Assembly (NCBI RefSeq): GCF_031769215.1 | Contig: NW_026782299.1 | Span: forward strand, 3,906,001-3,970,000 | DNA length: 64,000 nt | Source of the DNA: Ylistrum balloti | Lineage: Eukaryota | Direction of reading: 5' to 3' | Shown here: piece after piece, positions 49,661 to 62,223 of the stretch | Numbering within the stretch: position 1 is the stretch's first letter | Layout of the letters: each line of letters starts with the position of its first letter | Notes under the pieces: model-generated | Databases searched by the model: none | The model's input: the letters and a program-made list of their open reading frames with translations, nothing else | What the model was told of the DNA's origin: nothing | Made by a program: the position numbers and the translations under genes

Positions 49661-51860
49661 TTATGAAGGATGGACAGTAGGGTTTGCATTGACATTTGAT
49701 CTAACCTTAGAAGCAGCAACTAGAAATTTTACTAAATTACTTATTTTTTTTTTCTTATTTCTAACAGAGAGAAGATTGACTGGTTTGAACATAAATGAAT
49801 GCACTCTATAATATCTATCAACATATTGAGCTCTGAGAACATTGTAAAACGAACAAACATTTAAATGCAATTTATCTTCATTATCTTCCAAGTTACATTT
49901 TTGAAACATTCTTTCAGTTCCTGGTGTTCTTTCGTATCTACCTCTTTCTTTACAGAGATCAAGTGAAGATAACCTAAATTTTGCAATCGCTGAAGTATAT
50001 GCCTCTGGTTAAGATTTCTTAAGATAGTATTGATGAAATTTAACATGTGGTAGAAAACTAAACAAAAACATTTATAAGAGTTTTCAAAATAATTATTTAC
50101 ATTTTGTACAAAAAACATCAATCAAGCGTTGCTTGACGTCGAGTGTAAACTGACGTTTACACAAGACATTATGGTTAAACCAAACATATCTTAAACCTAG
50201 AGACATTAATAATGTTTTTTTCACATTACTGAGCCAGATAATCTTTTAATCAGATACAGATAACATGTCATTATACAATGCTTATATCTGTCTCCAATAG
50301 TTTTAGCCAGTACTGAATAATTCTTATTTAATTAATTACTGAAAATAGTAATATACCAAGTTCAGAGTATAGCATGTTGTTAGTACATTTTCATCTTAGG
50401 TAAACGTCTGCTAAAAGCTGTATTTTTCCTACATCAGGGGCCTCATGAAAACCCTAATTTTCACAACCGTAGTTCAATACACTGGAAACATAAATATCAA
50501 AAAAACATCTATTTTCGTTTCAATATCTAAAAAAATTGCGATCACATAGATTCACTATGCGATATACACATTTTCGAGCCTGTTGGCCAATTATTGAACT
50601 TCTCATTAAAAATAATATAATATCTAAATAATTCGAGCTTGTCAGAATTTCTGAAAACAACAGTTTTGGTTTTGGTTTAATTTAATATTCCATGCAGAAC
50701 TATACTTCTTTAAAATATTCAACATAGTTTGAAGCCCTTCCCTACATGCAGAGAAGTCGTCAGCATAATACATAATTAAATATAATGATATATCTTAATT
50801 CAATACATTCATTTGTTTTTAAAAGCAATTCATTTTCAACATCATCAATATATAAAGGAAGAGAGATAACCCTTTCTCTTGCGTCAGTCCCTAGAAGATA
50901 GATAACTCTGAACTGTATTTCACACACGGTTAAACTTTTTCGTAGATTTAATTTCATTGAACATTTTGTCAGTTACTATATTTCTGGCTAATTTAGAAAA
51001 CTGACTCTTAGGATTAATGTTATCAAAAGCCTTTTCGTAGTCTACGAAAATAATATTTTATTTTGCACTAAATATTGTTTAAATTACACTATGCAAAAAA
51101 ATTGCATCGATTGTCCCGGAACCACGACGGAAACCAAACTTGGCGTCTGATATGACACTATGGTTATCTTACCACTCCAATAATCTGTCATTAAGACCAG
51201 AAGTGAACAGCTTTTACAAACAACTTACTAAGGTTACGTCTCTTAACTATTAAGCTATTAACATCATCAGTATAACCTTTTTTGTGAAGAGGGATTATAA
51301 CACCACGTGATCGACTTTCTGGAAAAAAACACCTTCAATGATCATCAAATTGATTAATCTTGTAAACAAACGGACAAAGATATTTCTAAAAATTACGAAG
51401 TATTCATTCATCAGGTTGTCTGTACCCGGAGACATATTAACTTTAACTGTTTAATGACCTTCCAGATTCCTTCCTCAGTTATTTCTTTGTCTAGCTCAGG
51501 AAAAATACATTCATCAGGATTGTGTTTATCTACACCACTGTTATTCACTGTATTCTCACCTTCAAAAATACTTTTAAAGTGTGCATAAAACAAACTCGTT
51601 AATTGACAACTTTGTATTAGCATTTGTCTTCTGTTTTTTAAATAACCGATGAAATATTTGGGTTAGCTTTCTGCATGTACATCAACCTATTACCTTCTTG
51701 TGTTTTGAATTTTCTTTTCATCTGAAGTTCATATCTTTTAAAAAGACGCTTATTTTCTAATAAAATACTTCTTTTTTCAGTAGTACGTAAAAATTGAAGC
51801 TCTCTATACATTCTGTATAAAAACTTACTATGGTTGTCGATTATAAATGTCATTTATAAT
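49661..51860 (-). mobile_element. Decayed CR1/L2-like non-LTR retrotransposon (EN-RT linker, RT, C-terminal Cys region)
   Basis: Minus-strand frames with stops and frameshifts read: FPELDKEITEE.IWKVIKQLK, DNLMNEYF, IIPLHKKGYTDDVN, VTLVSCL*KLFTSGLNDRL, ISDAKFGFRRG, FVDYEKAFD, LYIDDVENEL, KCNLEDNED..HL..CSFYNVLR. Confidence 0.9.
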
Positions 51861-52782
51861 ATTATGACCGCCTCTGGTCACGATTACGATTACAAACAAT
51901 AATTTTACCATAAAAACGCAAATAAACCCACCATTCAGCACACTGGTTTATATGGCTATTCTCTAGAGATGTTATTCTTACAATCAGATCAGTTTTGCTT
52001 TGAGTTTAGAACATCTCCCATTTAATCTACCTGATCATTATTCCGCTTGTACACGATATGTGTTTCTCATTCACCAGCAGACTCTATCCTATATATAAAA
52101 ATGTTCACAGTGAATAGCAAAATCAATAGCAGCTTGATCACACCATGTATTAAAATCACAGACTTTTATTCTTTTCACAAGATCAAAGCATGACTTCGCT
52201 GCAAGAACCTTATCGATGACACTAGAGCCTAAAAAGTTAAAAACAAAAGTGTTAGATGACCAGTAATACCATCTATTTTTCTACCGTTACATTCCCGGGT
52301 CCCGCTCGCTTTAATTTAATCAATCTTCTACCAAGATTGTTTACAACAGTATCCTCTGATCGCCTTTTTAACAAAGTGACGTCAGCATCGTATTAAAAAA
52401 TGTTAGATAATCTATCATTAATGTCAAAGTCAGACCTGTTTCCTATACGACTGTTATAAAGTCACCAGTAATTATAACATTTCCTAATATTGAGTATGTA
52501 GCAATATCTCATGTAAATAAACACATAATACCTGTAATGTAGTTACTAGACACAAACTGGATATCATAATTAGCCATCAACAGATCTACAGCAGATCAGA
52601 ATTTATCTACAACGTCTTGTCATTTTGACAACATCGTGTTAATCTGTCATTTGCAAATAATTTGAAGAAGTTTAAAATGTTTTGCATTTCAATAAACACC
52701 TGTTCTTGATCTGTTTTAAGTCATAAATCCATGTAATGGCTGTGTGGTGTTCACCTCTTTCTTTCTGTTATTTAGTGCCAGT

Positions 52783-54312
52783 ATGAAGTGTTCGGTGCAC
52801 GAAGATCAGACCGTCATCATGGCTTGTCGGACACAGCAATGTGAGGATTGTTTGGTTTGTGTTCTGTGTATAGCTGGGCTACACAGAGGACATGAAATGA
52901 CAACTCTGGAGGAAGCTGCGGAGAGAGTAAAAGAACGACTCAATGATATGTCAACTGCAAACATCAATTACCTCAAGGGCCAGAAGAGGAAAATAGACTG
53001 TGTCAACAGCCTGCAAGAGGCGATTAACCAGAAACAGGAGAAAGCTCGTGAACAAGGCCAAATGATGCATGACGCTGTGGATAGGGTCATTGGGCATATA
53101 ATTTCCAATTATGAAAGACGATCAAAGGAGATGAAGGCCATAATGCACAAGATACAAGACTCTATTGAAATCGTAGAAAAATCACAAGAGAGATTGGGAC
53201 ATGTTCTGGATACGGACGACTGGATAAAGATTATCCTTGAAGGAAAGAAAACAACGGAGTTGCCGAGCGTAGAAGATCTGTCCGAGGATGTTACACCTGA
53301 TGTTGGAGAAGAGGATATTAATAAAACTATTGTAACGGGGATCCTATCTGCCCTACAGCAATGTCAGCCCCCTACTGCGATAACAGAACAGCCATGTCAC
53401 CCTGCCACTACAATAACAAAAGACGATGAGCACACATCAGATTTCAAAGGCATGGTCTATAGGCACAGAACACTAAAATCCATCTCTTGTGTTTCACTGT
53501 CAAAGGAACATCGCATATCAAACATCGCTCCAGGTCAAACGGAAACATTTTGGGTTGTTATAAACGACGAAATTAAGTTTTGCAACAAACAGCATGGGAT
53601 CATAAATAACAATTTAACAATTAAAAATATATTCCGTGGAATGGCTGTTACAGAATCTGACAAATTACTTACAACATGTACTGACGATAAATGTGTGAGG
53701 AAGATTACCTCTGGCGGTAAAACATTATTTAGTTTTAACACAGATCCTCTGATTCCTAATCAGTTATGTATCGCCAATAACGGCGACATCTTAGTCACGC
53801 TTGTTTCATCCTTTGTGGATCCTCTGCCGGACACAGTTGGAGTCGTGAGTCGGTACACCCCACAAGGGAAGAGGATGGTAACGTTTGAGAGGGATCGCTT
53901 CGGTAACAGCATCTGTCCTAAATATATAGCAGCCAGTCGAGTCTCGGACATGGTGGCTGTTACAACCATCACCAACAAAGACAATGAAGGTTATTATAAT
54001 AGTCACGTGATAGTAATGACTGGGGACCTCCAGGTGAAGTTTCGGTACCTGAGCGACGGACGAGTCATTCTTGGTGACCAGCAGTATCGTCCACATGATT
54101 CAACCATACATTTCAGTGTTGGTATCGATAGTCAGGACAACATCATACTAGGCGATATCAAAGCGGGTTCTATACAGATTATCGACCAACATGGCCACAA
54201 ACTTCAGTGTTTTGGACATGCTGACGGGATGAATTTCCTAACTGTCTCTTTTGAAGATGAAATATGGATAGGAAAGAAAAACGGTCAAGTGGAGGTTTTT
54301 AAATATACGTGA
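52783..54312 (+). CDS. RING-less TRIM-like protein (B-box, coiled coil, NHL-like beta-propeller), paralog 2, 509 aa, single coding exon
   Basis: Acceptor ctttctgttatttag|TGCCAGT then ATG 52783; B-box CSVHEDQTVIMACRTQQCEDCLVCVLCIAGLHRGH; propeller region homologous to paralog 1. Confidence 0.9.
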   Translation: MKCSVHEDQTVIMACRTQQCEDCLVCVLCIAGLHRGHEMTTLEEAAERVKERLNDMSTANINYLKGQKRKIDCVNSLQEAINQKQEKAREQGQMMHDAVDRVIGHIISNYERRSKEMKAIMHKIQDSIEIVEKSQERLGHVLDTDDWIKIILEGKKTTELPSVEDLSEDVTPDVGEEDINKTIVTGILSALQQCQPPTAITEQPCHPATTITKDDEHTSDFKGMVYRHRTLKSISCVSLSKEHRISNIAPGQTETFWVVINDEIKFCNKQHGIINNNLTIKNIFRGMAVTESDKLLTTCTDDKCVRKITSGGKTLFSFNTDPLIPNQLCIANNGDILVTLVSSFVDPLPDTVGVVSRYTPQGKRMVTFERDRFGNSICPKYIAASRVSDMVAVTTITNKDNEGYYNSHVIVMTGDLQVKFRYLSDGRVILGDQQYRPHDSTIHFSVGIDSQDNIILGDIKAGSIQIIDQHGHKLQCFGHADGMNFLTVSFEDEIWIGKKNGQVEVFKYT

Positions 54313-55019
54313 TACTGCTAACTTCTTCACCGTGACACAAATGGATGCCAAAATTTGTTGATTTAAACATATTTTTATTTGTTTCGATCTGAAAATTGAA
54401 AAAAAAATCAAATTGAACCAAAGAAGTTTAGTGCTTATGCTTCCAACATTGAATTTAATGTTTAAATGTTGATGGTCTCAACGTTACTCCTACGTCTATA
54501 GAATTTTCATTGGGTCTTACGTTTGATCTCAGCTTCTGGCAGCATGAAATTATATAAGTATTATTTTCAATAAATATTTTTAATAAACTTATTCTAGTGG
54601 CGAGTGTCCTTTATTTAGCTATTCACATGCATTGCGGCAATTCCTGGCCAATTCCCGACCTGTTATCTTTGGTAATAATAGATGCAACAGATCAGTTGCA
54701 TGGTAGTGCTTGTGGCAGAGTTCTTATTGATAGTGTTGGAGAAATGGTAAAATGCCATCTTAATGTTCAACGTATTTTAGGATTATAAAAGATAAACATT
54801 CTAAGGAGCAACCCAGCCATTTAATTGATCTTTTGTTTTGCCTTTCCTGTACATTCCCCTGCTTAAATCTTACACACCACTTCCGGACGTACATGTTCTA
54901 TATATAGACAACGTGAATTCGAATGCACGTTTACCTTTCGTCATAAGTCTTGTACTTTTAGATCGACCAAGGTGGTGAACTGAAATAGGTGCTCCATCAG
55001 AGTAAAATATCATACCTCA

Positions 55020-56255
55020 TTAATACAAAAAGTGGACCAAAAGGCTACGAGCAGTTGTTTTCCAACGAGAAATTTGGATTAAAATGTGGCCGATTTCTTT
55101 ACCGATTTAAAAACTAAATGTAGTAAAGTCGTGGTCCAGAATTATGCCCCGATCCAGCCAGACTCTTCTCGGGTGCTTGGTGCTGACAATATCGAGATCT
55201 CTTCTTCTAAAGTTCATCTAGGAACTGTAATGTCGTCACGAATGGTAAACGATTAACGAGTGTAAGTTGCATGTGACAAAGACAGGAGAACTCTTTTTTT
55301 ACATTCTATCTATGGAATAGACTCCTGATCCAGTTTTATTAGTGCACTTGTCATGGCATGTCTGTACACGAAGGTAGTTTTACAATTAATGATGATACGT
55401 TAATATGTTAATAAAAATTAGGCCGCTTCCAACATTATGCCGATAAATTAATGCTGGGATTAGCACTACGAGTTAGGTAAGATATTGCCTAGCCCATGCT
55501 AGAGAAAGTTACTTCATCTCCAAAAACTAATTTCATTTGATTAATCCTTTCTATTTCAGCAAATTTCCAACATACGGCTATACTCTTTTCTGAAAAGCGC
55601 AAATTGGAGAATCTGAAATTCTTTGTTCCAGAGAGTACTTCCCCAATATTGTGAAAGTGCTTCAAAATATAAGTTGGTGTCTTACTTGGACTGGTATTTA
55701 CAGAGTTATACATTTCCCTCCAATCGGCGGTGGACATCAATTGTCAAATCTGCCATAATGTCCTCCGAAAACTCGGCTTTAAAAGTCCGAATGGCTGATG
55801 GTCACGATTTCAACATTTTTCAAGAAAGCGTCATTCATCTTACGAACCATACATAATGTGGATCGTAACTGACTCTGTTGCGGACATTAAGTTAATTGAT
55901 TTATTGTGTACTATATTGACAATGCCAGCATCTCCTGTCCACACCATGTGTCTTCCATGCTCTCAGACATTCGTTGACACCGTTATTCACTGTTGCTACA
56001 CTTATGAGTATACAATCGACCTCCGTATAGAAGCGACCTCCGTATAGAGTTTCTACAGTGAGTTCTTTCCACGTTTGGCCAAAATGTATGCACTTCAATT
56101 TGGAATGAGGACAATGTCAAGGACAATTTGTTTACACCTTATTTGGTGCGAAGACAGACAACCATTTCCAGGTTGTCGTCGCTCAGAAACTCTTTCCAAT
56201 GAAAGCATCGCGGTTCGTTGTGCTCACTATACTTTTCATTTCTATTTGACATGAA
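55020..56255 (+). mobile_element. Decayed 3' portion of a CR1/L2-like LINE (different subfamily from 49661-51860)
   Basis: Broken frames read SKVVV...KVHLG, ACDKDRRTLF, CLYTKVVL, KLGRFQHYADKLMLGL..RVR*DIA*.ML, SKYKLVSYLDWYLQSYTFPSNRRWTSIVKSAI, CLPCSQTFVDTVIHCC, matching RT thumb and C-terminal regions of such LINEs. Confidence 0.75.
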
Positions 56256-57249
56256 CATATTGATACTAAGCAGTGAGAATTTACGCATGTAAATTCTCTG
56301 TATTCGCACTCGACAAACTTCGTTCATTTTGTCGATTTTATGTGTTTTTAATATCTGTACCTCTTCGATACAAAAAATGGGCCAAAATATTACTAGCATT
56401 AGGTTATTTTCAAACGTGAATTCAGGATTACAGGACATATTTCTTTACCTGTGTTTACAGCACAGAAGATTTTTATTGATGTTTATATGAGATGAATTGA
56501 CTACGAATAGTGTAGGGCTCCTGAGATGCTGGTTGATGCTCAATTGTAAACATTTTATATACTTTTGCAGTATGAAGTTATATGTTCATGTTTCGATGCT
56601 TGTTAGTATGGCTGGTGATTTCGTTGAAAAATGTTTGAGAACGCGACATTGCTTACTTGGATTGAGGTTAAAATTGAAATAGCGGGTTTCTTCGATGAAG
56701 CTAAAGACACCTACCTCTCCGTAACACCTGGTCGTGCGCCTGGTTCTTTGCCTGGGGTTGAGTACCACAGTGTATCCATCGTGCTGACATTTATATCAAA
56801 AGAACAGCAGCTACTAAATAATCTAACTTGTGTAAACATATGAAGCGGAAAAGAGATGCAAGTACACAGATACATCGTGTGCTTATTACAAAGTCAACAA
56901 AGACGCGACATAGAATAGGCAACATTGAAACCAAAACACGATATTCGCATAGCATGAATTCCGAATCCAGTAGATTTAAATTTACGGGAAAAGACAGTGA
57001 CACATAATCAAGTTGGTCAACACTCATTCACAATTATCAACAATTTAGAAGAAAGCATGAAAATGTTTAAGAATAGTAACAATACTATTTAAAAAGTGTT
57101 TCTTCAGTCACATATGACATGTACACAAGGACTACATACAATGCTATTGGTGGAGTTGTCAGAAGCATCTCAGGCAAACACAAGAAAACCGCAAAAATAT
57201 AGAAACTTGTTGACAGAATGCATAAAGAAGGGTTGGAATCTGAGGAATA

Positions 57250-58145
57250 TTCCTATTTGGGTGAGGCATGCTGGGACATCACAGAAGACAGGACGAGGCA
57301 GGCAACAGCTTCGCAGTTGCTGAATACTACTACTGGGGTGAGGCATGATGGCATATCACAGAAGACGGGATAGGGACAGGGCAACAACTTAGGAGTTGCT
57401 GAATTTTCCTATTGAGATAAGTCATGCTGGGATTTCATAGAAGATAGGACAGGGGAAGGGCAACAGTGTTGCAGTTGCTGAATGTTCCTATTGGGATCAG
57501 GCATGCTGGGATATCACAGAAGACAGTGTGGAGCAGGGCAACAGCGTAGGAGTTGCTGTATGCTCCTATTGGGATGAGGCATGCTGGGATATCACAGAAG
57601 GCAGTGTGGAGCAGGGCAACAGCGTAGGAGTTGCTGTATGCTCCTATTGGGATCAGGCATGCTGGGATATCACAGAAGACAGGGTGGAGCAGGGCATCAG
57701 CGTAGGAGTTACTGAATGCTCCAATTGAGATGAGGCATGCTGGGATATCACAGAAGACAGGGTGGAGCAGGGCATCAGTGTAGGAGTTGCTGTATTCTCC
57801 TATTGGGATCAGGCATGCTGGGATATCACAGAAGACAGGGTGGAGCAGGGCATCAGCGTGGGAGTTACTGAATGCTCCAATTGGGATGAGGCATGCTGGG
57901 ATATCACAGAAGACAGGGTGGAGCAGGGCATCAGCGTGGGAGTTACTGAATGCTCCAATTGGGATGAGGCATGCTGGGATATCACAGAAGGCAGTGTGGA
58001 GCAGGGCAACAGCGTAGGAGTTGCTGTATGCTCCTATTGGGATGAGGCATGCTGGGATATCACAGAAGACAGGGTGGAGCAGGGCATCAGCGTGGGAGTT
58101 ACTGAATGCTCCAATTGGGATGAGGCATGCTGGGATATCACAGAT
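57250..58145. repeat. 78-bp minisatellite, about 8 conserved plus 3 degenerate units
   Basis: gaggcatgctgggatatcacagaagacagggtggagcagggcatcagcgtgggagttactgaatgctccaattgggat, period 78 (57841/57919). Confidence 0.95.
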
Positions 58146-59269
58146 AACAAATTATAAATTTCATCATGATTTATTATTCTATTCATACAATACATTACAA
58201 AAACATACAAACTATAACAAGTGTATTACAAATTGTATACAATACATAGCTACCACAAGAAGACTTTTACACAAACTAATACAGGTTTGGTGTGAACTAC
58301 TAATTATGGTAGCCTGAACTATCAACATGTATACTAGTAAGAATTATGACTGGTCCCATACTCAAGTACAGCGGATAAAGTCGAACTTTGACTTAACAAT
58401 AAAATTGTATTCTAAACTTGTGATTACTTAACAATAGCACATGTCCCCTTTATGTAATGTAGAGGAAAGTCTAATGCTGACTTGACATGATGTCCAATAC
58501 TTCTGTATCACTCATTTGTTAGAGATGTCACTTCTCTTACATTTAGACTAAAATACCTTAACTATACATGAACATTTTCCTTCCCTGAACTGTATATTGT
58601 ATTTAGTATTTACCACTGTTACTATACTTCCACTTTAGAAAACAACTCCAGTTGTCCAGAGTAACAGTATTTTATGGAACAAGTGTTTTTACCAATACCT
58701 CCATGGTTCCTACATGGGTCCTAAAGCAACAGATTTCATTATTCATAACAATACCTCCTTTCAGAATTCACTAAACAAGATAAAGAGAATATTTCTTTAC
58801 CCTAGTTATATACAACAGGTTTCGTTAGCAGGTTTTACATCCACTATTACAGCCTTTCAGCAGATGAAGGCAGCTAGTGTTTACTTTTGTTTCATTGATA
58901 CTAACACACTCCTAGCTAAAAACGCTAAGGACATGGAGTTATCTAATTGATTTAAAATAAAAGTTAAAAACAAAAGCATTTACCCCTTGCCATTGAAAAG
59001 GAGTGAGGATATTCAGAAAATAGATCAAGCTCCCCGAACCATTATTTTTTATTTGTCTCTCGGGTTATATCATGAATGATAAAGAGATTTAAATTTACAA
59101 GCATGAAAAACAACACTTCATTTCATCACTTTAGTCCTTTCTTACCAAACCTGTATCTACCAAAGCATTACAGAGGCAATATTGTTACACACTTACTCTA
59201 CCAGTTAAATAATAATAAAAAAAAAAATCAGCAAAGCTCACAGCAGAGATGATTCTGATATTTAACAAT

Positions 59270-60192
59270 AACAAGAGGCCCAATGGGCCTTAACAGTCAC
59301 CTGAGGAATATATGTCAATAATCTGGGGATTTTAAAATGTTGCAAAAGTGTAACAACACTTGTGCAGGACCAAGTGTAAAACATCTGTACCAAGTTTGAA
59401 CATGACCCACCCAATGGTTCTTAAGAGTAAGTCCATAATGTCTTAGCCAAACAGAGGCCAGGGTGGCAATCTTGGATTTTGAATCGCCCCAAAAAGTTAA
59501 AACACTTGCCAGGACCTTGTGTAGAACATTCGTATCAAGTTTCGCCCTTTTCCCCCTCCTGGGGCCCCTATTGGGGCCACGCCTTTTTTCTTCGCAAACT
59601 TGAAGCGGCTTCCCATGGGGATGCTTTGTGCCAAGTTTGGTCAAAATCCATCCACTGGTTCTTGAGAAGTAGTCATTTAATGAAGGTTTTTACATATGGC
59701 CCCTTTTACACCCCTATGGGCCCCAAAGGGGACATAATCACTTTTTTCAACATAATTTCATATGTCCTTCACTAAGGGATGCTTTCTTACAAATTTGGTT
59801 GAAATCGGTCAAAGTTGAATTTTTGACCCTTTTGAGCGCCCCCTAGTGGAGCCGTTTTTGACCCGATTTTTTTTTCATTAGCAAACTTTGTAGACCTTGC
59901 CATAAGGTCCCTAAATATCAAATATGTATTTAATCATGAGAAGAAGATTTTTAAAGATTTACCTAATTTTACCCCCTTTTTCCCCCTCCTGGGGCCCCTA
60001 TTGGGGCTATGCCCTTTTTCTTCACACACTTGGAGCGGCTTCCCATGGGGATGCTTTGTGCCAAGTTTGGTCAAAATCCATTCAGTGGTTCTTGAGAAGA
60101 AGTGGAATATGTGAAAAGTTAACGACGCACGACGACAGACAAATCATGATGGCAATGGGTCACCATGAGCCTTTGGCTCAGGCGACCTAAAA
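59270..60192 (+). mobile_element. Apparently complete Helentron-type non-autonomous element
   Basis: 5' aacaagaggcccaatgggcctt palindrome, then subTIR gtcacctgag; 3' hairpin gagcc-ttt-ggctc overlapping the inverted subTIR ctcaggcgac, then ctaaaaa; internal ~140-bp duplication (~59545-59680 vs ~59975-60110); gacgcacgacgacagac microsatellite. Confidence 0.8.
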
Positions 60193-62223
60193 ACTATAAG
60201 AAAATATTCCATTAGATGAAGGCAGGTATCGTTTGATTCCACCTGATACTGATAAAACAACCATTAAATTCATATTATTATAAAATGAAGGTAAGGGGAC
60301 TTGTTATAGCTAAAGGTAAGACATATGTAAAAAAAATCATAACTACTACATAAGTCCAGGGACTTTAAACACTACTTCTTACTAAGGGGGTGGGCTTATC
60401 ACAGAATAATGATAGAGCATTGCTTTTTATTAAACAACATTATGTATTGATGCTTATTACCAGGCTTAGTGCTGGCTAAATTTAATTCTAATTACCACAG
60501 GGTGAATACGAAGCCTTGACACCTAAATATCTGAGGACTCTAGATATTTGACAATAGCCCAAATCACTGGGAATGTAGTTTCCCATGGGTCAAGTGTTTC
60601 TAAATATCTATCTAACAATCAAAGGCAATAACTGAGGATATGGGTTGTGATATTATTTTTTACGACATACGACTGAAAAATTATCTTTCCATCTTGGATG
60701 GTATCAAGATACAAAATATGGCGTGACTCCTGTATGAATGAGCAGTCTTACTGCCTATATTGAGGGATCTAATGGCTCTACAACTTCTAGTTGTTATGGA
60801 AATGTTGAAAATATGAATTGTTAATAGACACTGAACAATAAAAAATAGATGAAAACACATTTTAATTGGTCATTGGGACCTTCCACATCTGTAACCTAGT
60901 AAACAATTACATATGGCACATTATCATATAACAACAAATTCTTCATACTATATATTGTTGAATTTTGCAGGTTCAAAATTTTGCAATTTTCTGTCAAGAA
61001 CTTATTCACGAGGGTTAAATTTTGCAAATAACATAATAATTTGGAGTACAGGTATTTCAGAACACTTTGTTGATATGTGACTGTGGACAATCAAGCTGGT
61101 ACTTAGCTGGTGTTAATGGTACAGAAACTGTTACTGGATGAGGAAATGTTGAAAAAGACATTCTCCGTCACAGGAATTCAAACTGTATCTCCATCTTATA
61201 CAAGTTCCTTTTTATGTCTATTTTCGGCTGAGGCAGGGTTATTTCAACTGGTAGGTTGACTTGTGAAACCTTGATTATATCGACATGATCTCGGAGGTGT
61301 TAAGTTTTCCATCTTTTGATGCATTTGTGAGTTAAGTGAAATTAAAACCCTCGTGAGTAGTATACAGTAGATCTCCAGTTTTGTTTACACCTTCAAAGGT
61401 TAATATTGTAAAACATGAGATAACTATGACTACTGACAAACTTTGCAGCCCAAGTAGGAGATTATTATTTTAGTGGGTTCTATTTTCCAATCATAATAAT
61501 CATTATCATTATTACATTCTTAAAGGCCCGTAAACACATAAAAGACCATTAGGGCCATCAAATGGTATTTTTCAATCTTCTTTTCAAAGAAGGACTATAA
61601 TTGTAAAAAAAGGTATGTTGGTATAAAATTTATCAAGAAAACAACAGTCTGGTTCATGGATTCTGTAAAAAAATACATTTTTTTTAATCTCTCATAAAAT
61701 TATAAAAATGTGAGCTAACAAAAAATACATCTACAACATCTACAGTGATTAAAGTGTCCTATTCTAATTTTAATCCAGATTTAATCTGTCTTATGACTAT
61801 TTGTTCAAAGACCTTACCCAAGTAACATTACAAGTAATAAAGAGATGATGATAATAAGATAAAAAATTGGATATCACATTAAAATAGGAAATATGTCTTA
61901 TTCCAGGTCCAATGTATGTATCCTGTGTTTACTCAATTCTGTCTATATCACAATACAAGGGTATACTGGTGTTTAGTATAATATACAGGTCAAGGTTATA
62001 ACTGAATATAGATGCTTTAGGAGACCAATATAATTCATGAACCACACATGAATTCTGCAAAGCAACAACACTGCATAATTCTGAAGATTTATAATGCTTA
62101 AGTAGTAACTTATTTGCGATATCACGACAAATATCACATTGAAACAAATTTCATCCACATGTGCTATCATCAACACACTCCACAGAATTTGCGACCTTGT
62201 CTCGTCACATGGTTTTTGTGAAT

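Noticed and set aside
45730-54096. Minus-strand ORFs overlapping the B-box/NHL and kelch genes
   Set aside because: Antisense shadows of real CDSs; they are duplicated only because of the shared 301-bp tract.
1-58145. Regular arrays resembling CRISPR repeats
   Set aside because: Units are contiguous with no unique spacers, there are no cas genes, and the context is eukaryotic with introns; these are minisatellites.
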